Shown here: piece by piece, positions 29,960 through 40,299 of the stretch | Layout of the letters: each line of letters begins with the position of its first letter | Position numbering within the stretch: the stretch's first letter is position 1 | From: Nitrosopumilaceae archaeon | GTDB lineage: Archaea > Thermoproteota > Nitrososphaeria > Nitrososphaerales > Nitrosopumilaceae | Length of the DNA: 64,000 nt | Direction of reading: 5' to 3' | Assembly (NCBI GenBank): GCA_965214835.1 | Contig: CBDCCK010000002.1 | Coordinates: 384,001-448,000 of the forward strand | Program-made: the position numbers and the translations under genes | Notes under the pieces: generated by a model | Told to the model about the DNA's origin: nothing | What the model saw: the letters and a program-made list of their open reading frames with translations, nothing else | Database searches by the model: none

Positions 29960-30829
29960 ATGAACATCCGTACGTCGTACATGCTAGCAACAGTTCTGTC
30001 CATGGCAGGAGTAATGGCAATCGTCCCTGCTTTTGCTTTAGAACAGGCTTGTCCAGGCTGTACTGAAGCTGAGGTATCAATGTCAGCTACCAAGCAGCTG
30101 ATGGGAGACATACCGGTTTTAGTGTGGACAGATGCAGAAGTATATGATCACAATTCCATCATAATGGTGGAGGGCACGGTAGCCAATATCAGGTCAGGAG
30201 TTCCAGTGACGATTACTGTGATTAACCCCACTAACAACATTGTTACCGCAGACCAAATAGATGTAAACAGTGATGGTACATACAGTACAACGCTGAACAC
30301 CGCAGGGAATTTGTGGAAATATGACGGCACATATACAATCAGAGTCCAATACGGTTCTCAAGATGTCAACAACAAGGTCCTAGTCGAATTAACGGGCGGC
30401 GTTGCCACACACATCAAACCAATAACACCCACAAGAGATTGTACCAGCACAGAGATATCAGTCGATGGTTACTGCATTCCATATACCATTACAGGCGGTT
30501 CAGTCACAGGTGCAAAAATCAATGCAGGAACGTCGATTGTGGTCATGATTAGCTCCACAGAGCCAGGCATGATTACACTTAGTCCGGCACCAAGTGTTTT
30601 CCGAGATTTGCAACTGGCATTTGTCGATGGTGAAGAGTGGGACGATGTGAAGGTGGAAGGAAATAATATCACAATTTACTTCCCGGCAGGGGCTGAAGAA
30701 GTTGAGATCGTCGGTAAGTTCGTAGTTCCAGAGTTTGGTACTATAGCAGCGCTGATCCTGGCAGTGGCGATTATCTCGATAATTGCAGTGTCTGCAAGAT
30801 CCAGACTCAGCATAATGCCGAAATACTAG
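29960..30829 (+). CDS. PEFG-CTERM surface protein 3
   Basis: Signal peptide; VPEFGTIAAL tail. Confidence 0.9.
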   Translation: MNIRTSYMLATVLSMAGVMAIVPAFALEQACPGCTEAEVSMSATKQLMGDIPVLVWTDAEVYDHNSIIMVEGTVANIRSGVPVTITVINPTNNIVTADQIDVNSDGTYSTTLNTAGNLWKYDGTYTIRVQYGSQDVNNKVLVELTGGVATHIKPITPTRDCTSTEISVDGYCIPYTITGGSVTGAKINAGTSIVVMISSTEPGMITLSPAPSVFRDLQLAFVDGEEWDDVKVEGNNITIYFPAGAEEVEIVGKFVVPEFGTIAALILAVAIISIIAVSARSRLSIMPKY

Positions 30830-30897
30830 ACACCTTTTCTTTTTCATTTTTTAAAGTCAGCAGTAAAGGAAATATACAATAATTTGAGTAGAGATGT

Positions 30898-31722
30898 GTG
30901 TCACACCTAAAAGCGCTAGCGGCCTGCATGGCCTTGCTGTCAATCACAGTTCCGGCTTATGCGCAGTCCCTGATAGACGTGCAGGTGGTGGGAGACACGT
31001 TTACCGAGGGGGACGCGATAGTAATCTCCGGAAAGACGACGACTGTCATAAAGGACACGCAGGTGGCGCTGCAGATCCTGCTCGGGGATGGCAGCACAGC
31101 TTACGTTGCACAGATAACTCCGGCAGAGGACGGCAGTTTTACGGAGACAATCATAGCCAAGGGCAAATACTGGGAGAAAGACGGGGAGCGCATCGTGAGG
31201 GTGATATACGGTGCCGGGGACATATCGGAGACCACGTTTAACTTTGTAGCCAAGCACGAGACGGTGCCAATCGAGAATATCTTCGAAGTGCAGATCCCGG
31301 ACTCGACGTCAACTACGGACGTAAAGTACAGCATAGTCGGCGGGACCATCCAGGACATGATAATTGACAGGTCAAGATTCTCGCTCATCGTGGTGCTGGA
31401 TGCGGCCAGTTCAGGTGCCATGACGGTGGAGCTTCCGAGGGGTACAGTGGACGCAAGAACCGGAGGTTGTGAGGGAGGAGACGACATATTTATCGTATTA
31501 ATTGACGGAATAGAGGTTCCGTATCAAGAGATTCACGTCAGCTCCGATGAGAGAATAATCCAGATTGAGTTTGAGGGGGGGGATTCTGACGTTGAGGTAA
31601 TAGGAACCTGCATTGTTCCAGAATTCGGGGGAATTGCCATGGCGGTGTTAGCCGCCTCGATAATCGCCATAGTGCTTGTGTCAAGAAGATCGGCTGGACT
31701 GGCAGCTTGGCGGCAGTCATGA
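30898..31722 (+). CDS. PEFG-CTERM surface protein 4
   Basis: Signal peptide; paralogous to protein 1; VPEFGGIAMAVL tail. Confidence 0.88.
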   Translation: MSHLKALAACMALLSITVPAYAQSLIDVQVVGDTFTEGDAIVISGKTTTVIKDTQVALQILLGDGSTAYVAQITPAEDGSFTETIIAKGKYWEKDGERIVRVIYGAGDISETTFNFVAKHETVPIENIFEVQIPDSTSTTDVKYSIVGGTIQDMIIDRSRFSLIVVLDAASSGAMTVELPRGTVDARTGGCEGGDDIFIVLIDGIEVPYQEIHVSSDERIIQIEFEGGDSDVEVIGTCIVPEFGGIAMAVLAASIIAIVLVSRRSAGLAAWRQS

Positions 31723-32297
31723 GACATGCCTGCACTCGTTCACGGGCTCTCGGACTTGCGTGCTGCACAACCATGCCTGAACGCGTAAAAGCAACTATAC
31801 TAGACCTTATGCGTAAACGAAATTAGCGGCGGTACCCCCGACACCCATGCTACAAAGAGAGGGCGCAGTAGTGACGGCACACACACACATGACGGTGCCT
31901 TGCAATGTTCAAAATATTTGATCAAAACCACAACTATTTTCAGACGATTGATTTAGATCTGGGATCCATTCTCGCACAAAAGTGATGGAAGTCCGAGACC
32001 GAGATGATACGGAGGCTGAGGGAGGAAAAGGCGCAAGACAGGAGGAGGAAGATACGGGACGGAAAGAGGATCAGAGTACGAGAGGGAGAAGACTCAAGAC
32101 AGGAAGAGGATCAGAGTACGAGGGAAGGCACGAGCAGGATCAGGATGAGATGAGGCAGATGACGGCCTTCGCAGGATGTGGCCCGCATCCTGGGAGGACG
32201 ACAGGCGCTCCATACACAGCGCAGCGTTCCTGCACAGGTACGAGGTGCTTGAGGACATAATCGGCGGCGGATCCCTGCAGGCCGTCACGTCGATGGA

Positions 32298-32740
32298 CCT
32301 GCCTGGCCTCTGACCTGGCAACAACCAAGTTCCAGCACAATGCGGATTCACTGCTGGACATGACCAAGAAACAGGCCGAAAAGACACCAAGAAACTTCAC
32401 GGACGGCCTGCCAGCCTATGCCAAGTCCTCAAGGAAGGTATTCGGAAAGGATACGAACCACGTGAAGCACATCCGCCTGGCCGGAAAAAGAGACCGGGAC
32501 AATAACAACAAGATGGAGAGGCTCAACGGCGAGACCAGAGATCGTGAGAAGGTGTTCAGAGGATTGAAAAAGACGGATACGGCCATACTTGACGGAATGA
32601 GGGTCTATTACAACTATACGAAAAAGCACGGCGCACTGGACGGCCAGACCCCGGCAGAATCGGCCCTGATAAGCGCGGATGGTACGAACAAGTGGAAGGC
32701 TATCGTCCAGAATGCCAGTTTAAACAGTGCCACGGAATGA
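32298..32740 (+). pseudogene. C-terminal remnant of an IS6-like DDE transposase
   Basis: LASDLATTKFQH..TDGLPAY, NNNKMERLNG, REKVFRGLK, YYNY..H..L.G.TPAE; N-terminus missing. Confidence 0.75.
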
Positions 32741-32941
32741 TTTTTGAGATCCATATCCCTAAAATTGCACAGAACCGAATTTCAGCTAGATTAAATACGA
32801 AAGGCGGCATTGCTACATGGGAATGAGGAGATAATAGCCGCTCCAGTCTGAGCTAGAGCATTGAAGACGCCGCGACGATCCGACCCAAATTTTGAACCAG
32901 AAACAAGATGGTTTTAAATACGCAAGTAAGGAGGTCTTCTC

Positions 32942-34399
32942 GTGGCAGACTATGACGTTATCATAGCCGGGGGGGGACTGGCCGGCACAATTGCAGCCCA
33001 ATCGGTTTTGCATTATTCCAATCAGGGGTTGAAGGTTTTAGTCGTGGATAGAAATCCGTCAAATCTTCCCGGGCAAAAAAGCGTGGCAGGATGGATTTGT
33101 GGAGACGCAGTCAGCAAGGAGGCGGTGGACTTTATGTCAGATAGGATCAAGGTGACGTGGGGCAGGCCGGAAATCGAACACCACGTAAAAGGCGTAATGG
33201 CGTTTTCTCCGGACAGGGAGACCTCGATTCCATTTGACGGCGACGGATACATGCTAAACAGAAGGCTGCTGCCCGAGGTACAAAACGAGCGCACTCACAA
33301 AATGGGCGCAGATTTTGACTTTAATGTGAACCTGATGGGGCTGATTTACCAGGGGAACCAGGTAGCAGGCGTAAAAGGGATCAATTCAGAGACAAGGGAG
33401 GGATATCAGAGAACGGCCAAAGTCGTCATCGATGCCACGGGAATGACATCAATGCTGCGCAACCAAATCTCCAATACGACCAAAATGGAACGCAAGGTGG
33501 ACAGATCCGACGTAGAGTCGACGGGCAGGCACATAATGCACTTTGAGGATGGGGAGGATGACCTGACGGAGTTCGATCCCGACTATTGTATTATTCACCT
33601 AGACCAAGATATTGCGCCGGGCGGATACGGATGGGTATTTCCCAAGGGAAGGAACAAGGTAAACATCGGACTGGGGGTGGAAAAAACGCTCCTTGAGGCA
33701 AGAAACAAAAGGCTGGGGAAAAGCGACAACGTCACGACCCTGATTAACGAGTATGTCGGGAGAAATCGCGCAATCAGGAATCCGAAAATCTCACAAGACG
33801 ACGCAGACAGGCAAAATGCAACGGGAAACTTTCAGGTCTCCGTCAGAAGGCAGAACGACTGCATGGTCGCAAACGGCTTCATGCTGGTCGGAGACTCGGC
33901 CTGGATGCCAAAACCGCTTGACGCGGGGGGGATCGGTCCGGCGCTCGTTGCGGGAACCATCGTCGGAAGGTGTGCAGCAGAGGCGATTGAGTCAGGGGAC
34001 GTTACAGAGAGGGGGCTGTGGAAATACAACAAGGAGTTCATCAACGAGTATGGCTACAAGACGGCAGGATTGGAAGTCTTCAGGAGGCTGATCCAGTCTC
34101 TGAGCAATGAACAAATCAGCTACGGCATGAAGCACTTCCTGGGAAATCTTGACGTGGAGGCAATTTCAAAGGGGGAGCACCCGGACTTTAGCAACCTGGG
34201 CAAGCTGACCATGATGATCAGGGGGGCCCTCAACAAGAAGCTGGCAGACGGCCTGAGGTTCACAACCCAGCAAAACAGGCTGCTGACTGACCACTATTAC
34301 AACTATCCGGATGCGCCTGAGGGGTTTGACGAGTGGGGCAAGAAGCTACACCGGATCCTAGACGAGGCCAATGCCAGGCTGGCACAATATCAAAACTAA
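32942..34399 (+). CDS. Geranylgeranyl reductase-family FAD oxidoreductase
   Basis: DVIIAGGGLAG, CGDA, VIDATG, PGGYGWVFP, LVGDSA...PLDAGGI. Confidence 0.85.
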   Translation: MADYDVIIAGGGLAGTIAAQSVLHYSNQGLKVLVVDRNPSNLPGQKSVAGWICGDAVSKEAVDFMSDRIKVTWGRPEIEHHVKGVMAFSPDRETSIPFDGDGYMLNRRLLPEVQNERTHKMGADFDFNVNLMGLIYQGNQVAGVKGINSETREGYQRTAKVVIDATGMTSMLRNQISNTTKMERKVDRSDVESTGRHIMHFEDGEDDLTEFDPDYCIIHLDQDIAPGGYGWVFPKGRNKVNIGLGVEKTLLEARNKRLGKSDNVTTLINEYVGRNRAIRNPKISQDDADRQNATGNFQVSVRRQNDCMVANGFMLVGDSAWMPKPLDAGGIGPALVAGTIVGRCAAEAIESGDVTERGLWKYNKEFINEYGYKTAGLEVFRRLIQSLSNEQISYGMKHFLGNLDVEAISKGEHPDFSNLGKLTMMIRGALNKKLADGLRFTTQQNRLLTDHYYNYPDAPEGFDEWGKKLHRILDEANARLAQYQN

Positions 34400-34433
34400 G
34401 ACTTATTTGTAAAATGCTAGCCATGCTTTTTGA

Positions 34434-35231
34434 ATGCTTCAAGAAACAGGCTACCTGGATTGGAACAACTCCATGGCCACATTGGACAAGGCCTACAAGG
34501 CGGGTCTGTTTGTACTGATCATAGGCCCCAAGGGGACGGGAAAAACCACGCTTGTTAGGGATTTTGTCAAGAGCAAGTCTGCAAAATTAGAGTCAATCAA
34601 CTTTAGCCTCAGAACAAGGGAGAGTCACCTGGTCGGGACCAAGACCCTGACGGACGGAACCGTGGGATTCGACGAGGGGATTCTGATCAAGTCCATGAGG
34701 GAGGGCAGTGTTTTGTATCTGGACGAGATCAACGCAGCAGAGGCCGATGTTCTCCTGAGACTAGATGAGGCACTAGATGACAGGAGGCAGATTGCGCTAA
34801 AGGAATCAACGGGGGAAGTCGTCAAAGCAAGCATGGGATGGTTCGTTGTTGCGACGATTAACCCGCTAACGCACGTAGGGACAAAGGAGCTGCCGCCCCA
34901 GATCTTGAGCAGGTTTCCAGTCAGGATAAGGCTAGAGTATCCACCAGAAAACGTGGAATTGGACATTGTAAAAAAACACGTTTCAGGCTCGCACGAGGGA
35001 CAGATCATGCAGGGAATAAAGCTAGCAAGCACGCTAAGACAGGCCGCAGCAGTCGAGGAGCTGTATTACTCCCCAAGCCTCAGAGAGACCATCGCCTTTG
35101 CAAAAATGCTAGATCTTGACATGCCTGCAAAGGAGGCCGCGGAGCTGGTATTTGGCAATGTTTACGCGCAGTGGGGAAGCATCGAGCACCAAAAAGTCAG
35201 CGACATCATAACGTCGATGTTTGAGGGCTGA
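34434..35231 (+). CDS. MoxR/CbbQ-NorQ type AAA+ ATPase
   Basis: GPKGTGKT, LYLDEIN, ATINP, SRF, SLRE. Confidence 0.9.
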   Translation: MLQETGYLDWNNSMATLDKAYKAGLFVLIIGPKGTGKTTLVRDFVKSKSAKLESINFSLRTRESHLVGTKTLTDGTVGFDEGILIKSMREGSVLYLDEINAAEADVLLRLDEALDDRRQIALKESTGEVVKASMGWFVVATINPLTHVGTKELPPQILSRFPVRIRLEYPPENVELDIVKKHVSGSHEGQIMQGIKLASTLRQAAAVEELYYSPSLRETIAFAKMLDLDMPAKEAAELVFGNVYAQWGSIEHQKVSDIITSMFEG

Positions 35232-36796
35232 TGCAGCCGTTCCAGCTAAGAAGCGATACGCTGATGGAGATCGCGACGTTTCTGGCTCGAAGATGGTCGG
35301 GGCTTGAAGGTGTTACGGTGGAGTTCTCCGAGAGGAATCGGCCAAAGACGTGGCTAGGGGAAAAAAGGATTTCAATGCTGCCATTTGCCAAGTATCAGGG
35401 CAGCGACTTTCAGAAATACAGGCAGTTTAGGGCCTCGCTGTGGTACGAATCAGTACGCCTCAGGCACTGCAAAAAAATCCTCAGCAATGATCATGCGTTT
35501 GGGTTTATTCTAAATGCCATAGAGACCAGGAGGATAGAAAGCCTGGGAAGAAAGACATGGGGGGGAATGGACAATGAGCTGATGTTCAACTATGCATATT
35601 CCCTAAACTACAGGCCGCATTTGAGCTCGCTGTACGGAAAGGCAAGGATAGTCGAGGCGTTTTATCAGACGTTTGTGTTCGGGGGCATCAAGGGCGAGAT
35701 CCAAGCAAGTCATTTTGAAAGGATCCAAAAGGCAGCCGGATTTGCCAGCGAGGTTTTGCAAAAGGCAGTCAGGTGCAACCACGAGACGGACTGGATGGAA
35801 AAGCAGGTGCCCGAGATCATCAGGATTCTGGACATCGACTCACTTTTGACAATCCCGATGTCACTGCCCTGGATGAGGCAGGGGATGGCGCTAAACGAGG
35901 AGGAGATCCTGCGCACGCTAGTCAAGATTGCAAAGAACCGCGAGGGGGATTTCGGCAAGGTAGATCCGGCCGCGGCACTGCGCGGGGATGACGTGTATGA
36001 CGAATACAGGGTGCTCGTTGACGAGAACAAGAAGAATGAAAACAGGGGGCTGGGGACGGAGACCGTCGGGGTCAGGGTGCCGTCTGCAGACAGCGTAGAC
36101 GAGACGAAAATCTATGATGCAGACTTGATCAACAAGATGAAGACAAAATTCAAGGACTGGAGGTCGGGCTGGAAGGAGCAGCACCTCCGTGCGGGGGACG
36201 AGTTTGACGAGGAAGGCTACATTGACGGGGCCGAGCCGTTCTTTACGGACGTAAAGAAGGCAATCAAGACAAGAATTGTGATCCTGCTGGATCACTCATC
36301 AAGCATCCATTCAGAGCAGGTAGAATACAAAAAGGCGACACTGGCGCTGTGCGAGGTCCTGTCATACCTCAAGATTGGTTTCTCCGTATACGCGTTTAGC
36401 ACACAGGACAGATCGGTGGTGTGCTGGCTTGTCAAGCCGGAGAATACAAAATGGAGCCATGTCTCTGCAAAAAGGCTGGCACAGGTTGCTGCAAACGGCT
36501 CCACGCCGCTGGCAGAAGTCTATGACAGGATGCTCCCCTCAATGCAGGCAAGCCGGCCGGAGGTTTTTCTGACACTGACTGACGGGGAGCCCTCTGATCC
36601 AAATGCGGTCCGCGCAATGATAAAGTCAATAAAGTCCGTGGGAATCAGCATGGTAGCACTGGGTTTTGGTCCAAATACCATAAGGGCCACGACGATTGCA
36701 AGCAATCTCAAGACGCTAGGCTATGAGAAGACACTTGCAGTGAGCAGGCTTGGCGACATTCCAAACAAGGTTCTGGGCATACTGGGACAGGTCTGA
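35231..36796 (+). CDS. vWA-domain partner protein (CbbO/NorD-like)
   Basis: MIDAS ILLDHSSS, GSTP, TLTDGEP; TGATG overlap with the ATPase gene. Confidence 0.88.
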   Translation: MQPFQLRSDTLMEIATFLARRWSGLEGVTVEFSERNRPKTWLGEKRISMLPFAKYQGSDFQKYRQFRASLWYESVRLRHCKKILSNDHAFGFILNAIETRRIESLGRKTWGGMDNELMFNYAYSLNYRPHLSSLYGKARIVEAFYQTFVFGGIKGEIQASHFERIQKAAGFASEVLQKAVRCNHETDWMEKQVPEIIRILDIDSLLTIPMSLPWMRQGMALNEEEILRTLVKIAKNREGDFGKVDPAAALRGDDVYDEYRVLVDENKKNENRGLGTETVGVRVPSADSVDETKIYDADLINKMKTKFKDWRSGWKEQHLRAGDEFDEEGYIDGAEPFFTDVKKAIKTRIVILLDHSSSIHSEQVEYKKATLALCEVLSYLKIGFSVYAFSTQDRSVVCWLVKPENTKWSHVSAKRLAQVAANGSTPLAEVYDRMLPSMQASRPEVFLTLTDGEPSDPNAVRAMIKSIKSVGISMVALGFGPNTIRATTIASNLKTLGYEKTLAVSRLGDIPNKVLGILGQV

Positions 36797-36871
36797 GCCT
36801 GTCTGGCCGGCCTTGTGATCTCTGTGCTGCATGGGACTTAAATGGCGGGCAGGGGGGGTGTACTCGGTATT

Positions 36872-37100
36872 CACATCAAAAAATGGATCATGATTTTGGC
36901 ATGTTGTGCATACTTTGATAAAGAGGTGATCGGTTTTCAGTTGTATGCACTGCAGCCCAAGCAGTACTGGCCGTGCAGCCGGCCCGAGATTGTAGCAAAG
37001 CAGGCATGCTCAAAAAGTGCATTGCGTGGTACGGTGGCTGCCGTAGTACACACATCAAAAATTGCAACATAATTTTGACATATCGTGCCTATTTCGATAA
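36872..37100. repeat. Degenerate 50-bp direct repeat pair
   Basis: 36872-36921 vs 37051-37100, 40/50 identity without gaps. Confidence 0.65.
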
Positions 37101-37152
37101 GAAAAATCCCTTTAACAATTGATGGTGCCATTATAGGAAAAGGCGTTTTTCT

Positions 37153-37350
37153 TTAATAGGTAGAGGGCTGGCGTGCCATCTCAGCAAGTACGGGATCGAC
37201 TGCGGCCTGAACCTCCGGTGGAAGTTTGTTGTAATTGATTCCACTGGATCGAAGCCCACAGATTATCTGGTCCACATTCAACTCCTTACTGATGCAGAGT
37301 GGAGCAAATGTGTTCTTGAACTTTTTTTCAGATGAAGTCGTATTTGCCAT
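37153..37350 (-). CDS. Small hypothetical protein
   Basis: 65-aa ATG ORF with TTATAAA ~40 nt upstream; no recognised motif. Confidence 0.45.
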   Translation of the reverse strand: MANTTSSEKKFKNTFAPLCISKELNVDQIICGLRSSGINYNKLPPEVQAAVDPVLAEMARQPSTY

Positions 37351-37532
37351 TTGGATATATCACCGTAATTGCTTGTTGGTTAAACTCCTTTTTATAATTT
37401 CGTGCTCCGGGTTCTGTGTAAAATTGGGGATATGGAATTTCACCGGATTCGGATTTTCCTTGGTTTGGTGGCCAGATCTCTAAGCCAGAGATGTTTTGAA
37501 ATATGCATAATCTTGGACACCTGAAAGGGGAG

Positions 37533-37657
37533 GGCTGTCGCCTAATTCCACCTACCCGACTCAATCCGTACGTTTTTCCGAATTGCCGCCCTTTTGCACG
37601 CCTGATCATATGGCATCTCAACGGTTTTCGGGAATTCTAGCGAATTAAGCGACAACC
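37533..37657 (+). mobile_element. MITE-like element family A
   Basis: ggctgtcgcctaattc / gaattaagcgacaacc ends; conserved core cccttttgcacgcctgatc. Confidence 0.8.
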
Positions 37658-38130
37658 CCCATCGTTGTATACATTGCCGGTGTCCGTATCAGTCCACCTG
37701 CCCAGCCCGGCGTCATAGTTCTCACTGTAAAAACCCTCGAGCCCGCAGTGTCTCCTAGAGGGCAAACTCTTACGCCATGAGGCAGGCTTGTTATAGGATC
37801 CATTTTCAATTGTGCGCACCGCCTAACTCACCTCAGGCCGCCTCCACCTGCACGCCAATCTTTGCGGCACACCTCCCCTGTCTGACGTGACACAGCCGCG
37901 CTCACCTACAGGGCCCAGGACTGCTGCCTGCCCCGTTTCAGGCATTTCCCGTAGAGCCTGCCCCTCCCCCCACGATCCTTTCGATCCTTTTTGCGCCCGA
38001 TTCGCGCGTAATACCGGCCTTTTTGCCGGGTTTGGACACTCCTTTCTCTCCTCCCCCGTGGAAATTCAGAGTATCGTGTATGCTAAATCAGACAGGCAAA
38101 ATTACGCAACAATCCCCATAAGCCGTACGG

Positions 38131-39702
38131 GTGGAAAATTCTAAATTAAGCGAAAATCCTGATGCAGTCATGGCAGAAAACGCAGATGCGGCCCTGCTAG
38201 AGCGCTTTGAGCAGGAGATCTGGAGCAAGATCCCGCGCGTGGAGGGGGGCAGGATTGTAGATGCAACGCCGCTAGTTGATCTGACGCAGGACTTTAAGGA
38301 ATGCGCAAAAAGCGTCTTCAAGGTGAATCTGGACGAGAAGGATCTCAGGGTATATGGAAAGTTTGACTCGGTGCTGCCAAGCGGTTCAATCAAGGTAAGG
38401 GCGGCACTGCACATAGTCCACGAGGCAATAAAGTCAGGGCAGTTAAGGGGGGGTCAGACCGTGATGGAGGCTACCTCCGGAAACTTTGGAATTGCGCTAG
38501 GCCAGATATCAAGGCTCGGCGTTACAGTCGTGGCCCTGGTTTCAAGAAAACTGCAGGAGGGCGTCTTCAAGGAACTAAGGGACGAGAATATCAGAATAAT
38601 GGATCTTGACATGGATATCTGCCCGGCCCCCGGGATGGAGGACAGGGCAGATGATCTGGCTGCCAAGGCTACTGCTGCAAACGTAAGATCACAGCTATCG
38701 GAAATGGGCTTTGATCCTGCAGTCTTTGACAGTAATTTGGCAGAGATAGAGGCCCTGCTGGCAAGGCAGGACATTATCAACCTGGCAATATTCCTATCAA
38801 AAATCTATGGCCTGTTCTGCCCCGCGCAGTATGAAAACGAGCTTAACATTGACGTGCACGACACGGTTACTGCAGCCGAAATCGATCAGCAGCTAGGAGA
38901 GGACGGGGAATCGATGGGGGACTATCAGATAATGTGTGCGTTTGGAACCGGCGGCACATCAGGAGGTCTGAGCAAGTATGTCTCCGGCAAATATGCAAAA
39001 AAGTCAGTCCACGTGGTCTTTCCCCCCTCAGGACAGGACGTCGCAGGAATCAGGACAAAGGCCAAGGCAGACGGACTGAGGCTGTACAACCCGCAGGCAT
39101 ATGCGGCAGAACACGAGGTCGACTATGAAAAGGCAAAGTTCCTCCTCAAGTTCTTCGTAGACAGGGGGCACGACATCGGGGAGAGTACCGCACTTGCACT
39201 GTATGCTGCAATGCAGATGGCAGATTCGGGGGAGGCGACAAAATTTGTTGCAATAGTGGCAGACGGAATCGGCAAGTACAGGAAGAGCTTCGAGCAGATC
39301 TCCGAGGACAGGATTCCGATGAGAGTCGAGCTTGCGGATGCAGCTGCTGCGGCAAGCGAGTATGACAAGATTGTCTGGGTACATCCCCAGTACGCCCCCA
39401 AGGATGAGGGAATCGAGATGATTGCAAAATCCCTGGGGGTCGACAGGTCAAAAATCGCCATACCAAAGGCCTCGTCGGTGGATCAGATGCTATCGACGCG
39501 TGAAATCCCCGAGGACATATCCAAGGAGGTCGGGGAAGGAAAAACCCTGCTCGTATGCATGGCAGGAAACACGTCATTTATGGCAGCACAGTTGCTCTCA
39601 GGCAAGGGAAAGACGGTTCAGAGCCTAAATGGTGGAATTACAAACCTGCCCGAGGGAATGGCAAAGCATCCCGGCCAGTACATACAGGCGGCAAGGGAAT
39701 AG
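38131..39702 (+). CDS. Cysteine synthase-like PLP enzyme with C-terminal rhodanese-like domain
   Basis: SGSIKVR (PLP Lys), EATSGNFG, GTGGT; LVCMAGNTS...SLNGG; start may be 38170. Confidence 0.82.
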   Translation: MENSKLSENPDAVMAENADAALLERFEQEIWSKIPRVEGGRIVDATPLVDLTQDFKECAKSVFKVNLDEKDLRVYGKFDSVLPSGSIKVRAALHIVHEAIKSGQLRGGQTVMEATSGNFGIALGQISRLGVTVVALVSRKLQEGVFKELRDENIRIMDLDMDICPAPGMEDRADDLAAKATAANVRSQLSEMGFDPAVFDSNLAEIEALLARQDIINLAIFLSKIYGLFCPAQYENELNIDVHDTVTAAEIDQQLGEDGESMGDYQIMCAFGTGGTSGGLSKYVSGKYAKKSVHVVFPPSGQDVAGIRTKAKADGLRLYNPQAYAAEHEVDYEKAKFLLKFFVDRGHDIGESTALALYAAMQMADSGEATKFVAIVADGIGKYRKSFEQISEDRIPMRVELADAAAAASEYDKIVWVHPQYAPKDEGIEMIAKSLGVDRSKIAIPKASSVDQMLSTREIPEDISKEVGEGKTLLVCMAGNTSFMAAQLLSGKGKTVQSLNGGITNLPEGMAKHPGQYIQAARE

Positions 39703-39705
39703 GCC

Positions 39706-40128
39706 TTGAGGTGCCTGTCGGTCTCGCAGCCGTTTGCCGACCTGATAGTCTCCGGAAAAAAGAGCATCGAGTTGCGCAGCTGGAACACAAGCTTCCGGGG
39801 CGAGTTTCTAGTTCACGCCCCAATGAAGGTAAGGGAGGAGGATGCAAGGCGTCTCAGGATGGGCAAGGAGTTTGTCACTGGAGCAATAATCGGCAAGGCA
39901 GAAATCTTTGGCGTAAAAAGATACGAGACCCGGACGGAGGTGGAAAAGGACTGCCGGTCACACCTTGCGTCAAAGGCACTTCATGGCACAAGGTATGGAT
40001 TTCTGCTAAGGAATGCCAGGATGTTCAGGCTGCCGGTTCCCTACAAAGGCCAGCTGGGCTTTTTTGAGGCAAGCCTGCCAGAGAAGGCTGCCGGTGACTT
40101 TCCCAGGGCGGACATCACGGATGGGTAG
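39706..40128 (+). CDS. ASCH-domain protein
   Basis: LSVSQPFADLIVSGKKSIELRSW, RGEFLVHA, YKGQLGFF. Confidence 0.88.
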   Translation: MRCLSVSQPFADLIVSGKKSIELRSWNTSFRGEFLVHAPMKVREEDARRLRMGKEFVTGAIIGKAEIFGVKRYETRTEVEKDCRSHLASKALHGTRYGFLLRNARMFRLPVPYKGQLGFFEASLPEKAAGDFPRADITDG

Positions 40129-40299
40129 CGCAGGAATCAGAGGATCAGCCGCCAGGTACTCGCGACATGCGGGATGGTGCAGGCCTACAGCAAAGGAGGA
40201 CAGGTTCAACGGATGCGCCGTTCACAGGTGCCCTGCGGGGCAGGCCGGAGCAGGCGGGCTGCATGGGATCACAGACTCGCACCCGGCAGAGTATGAGGG

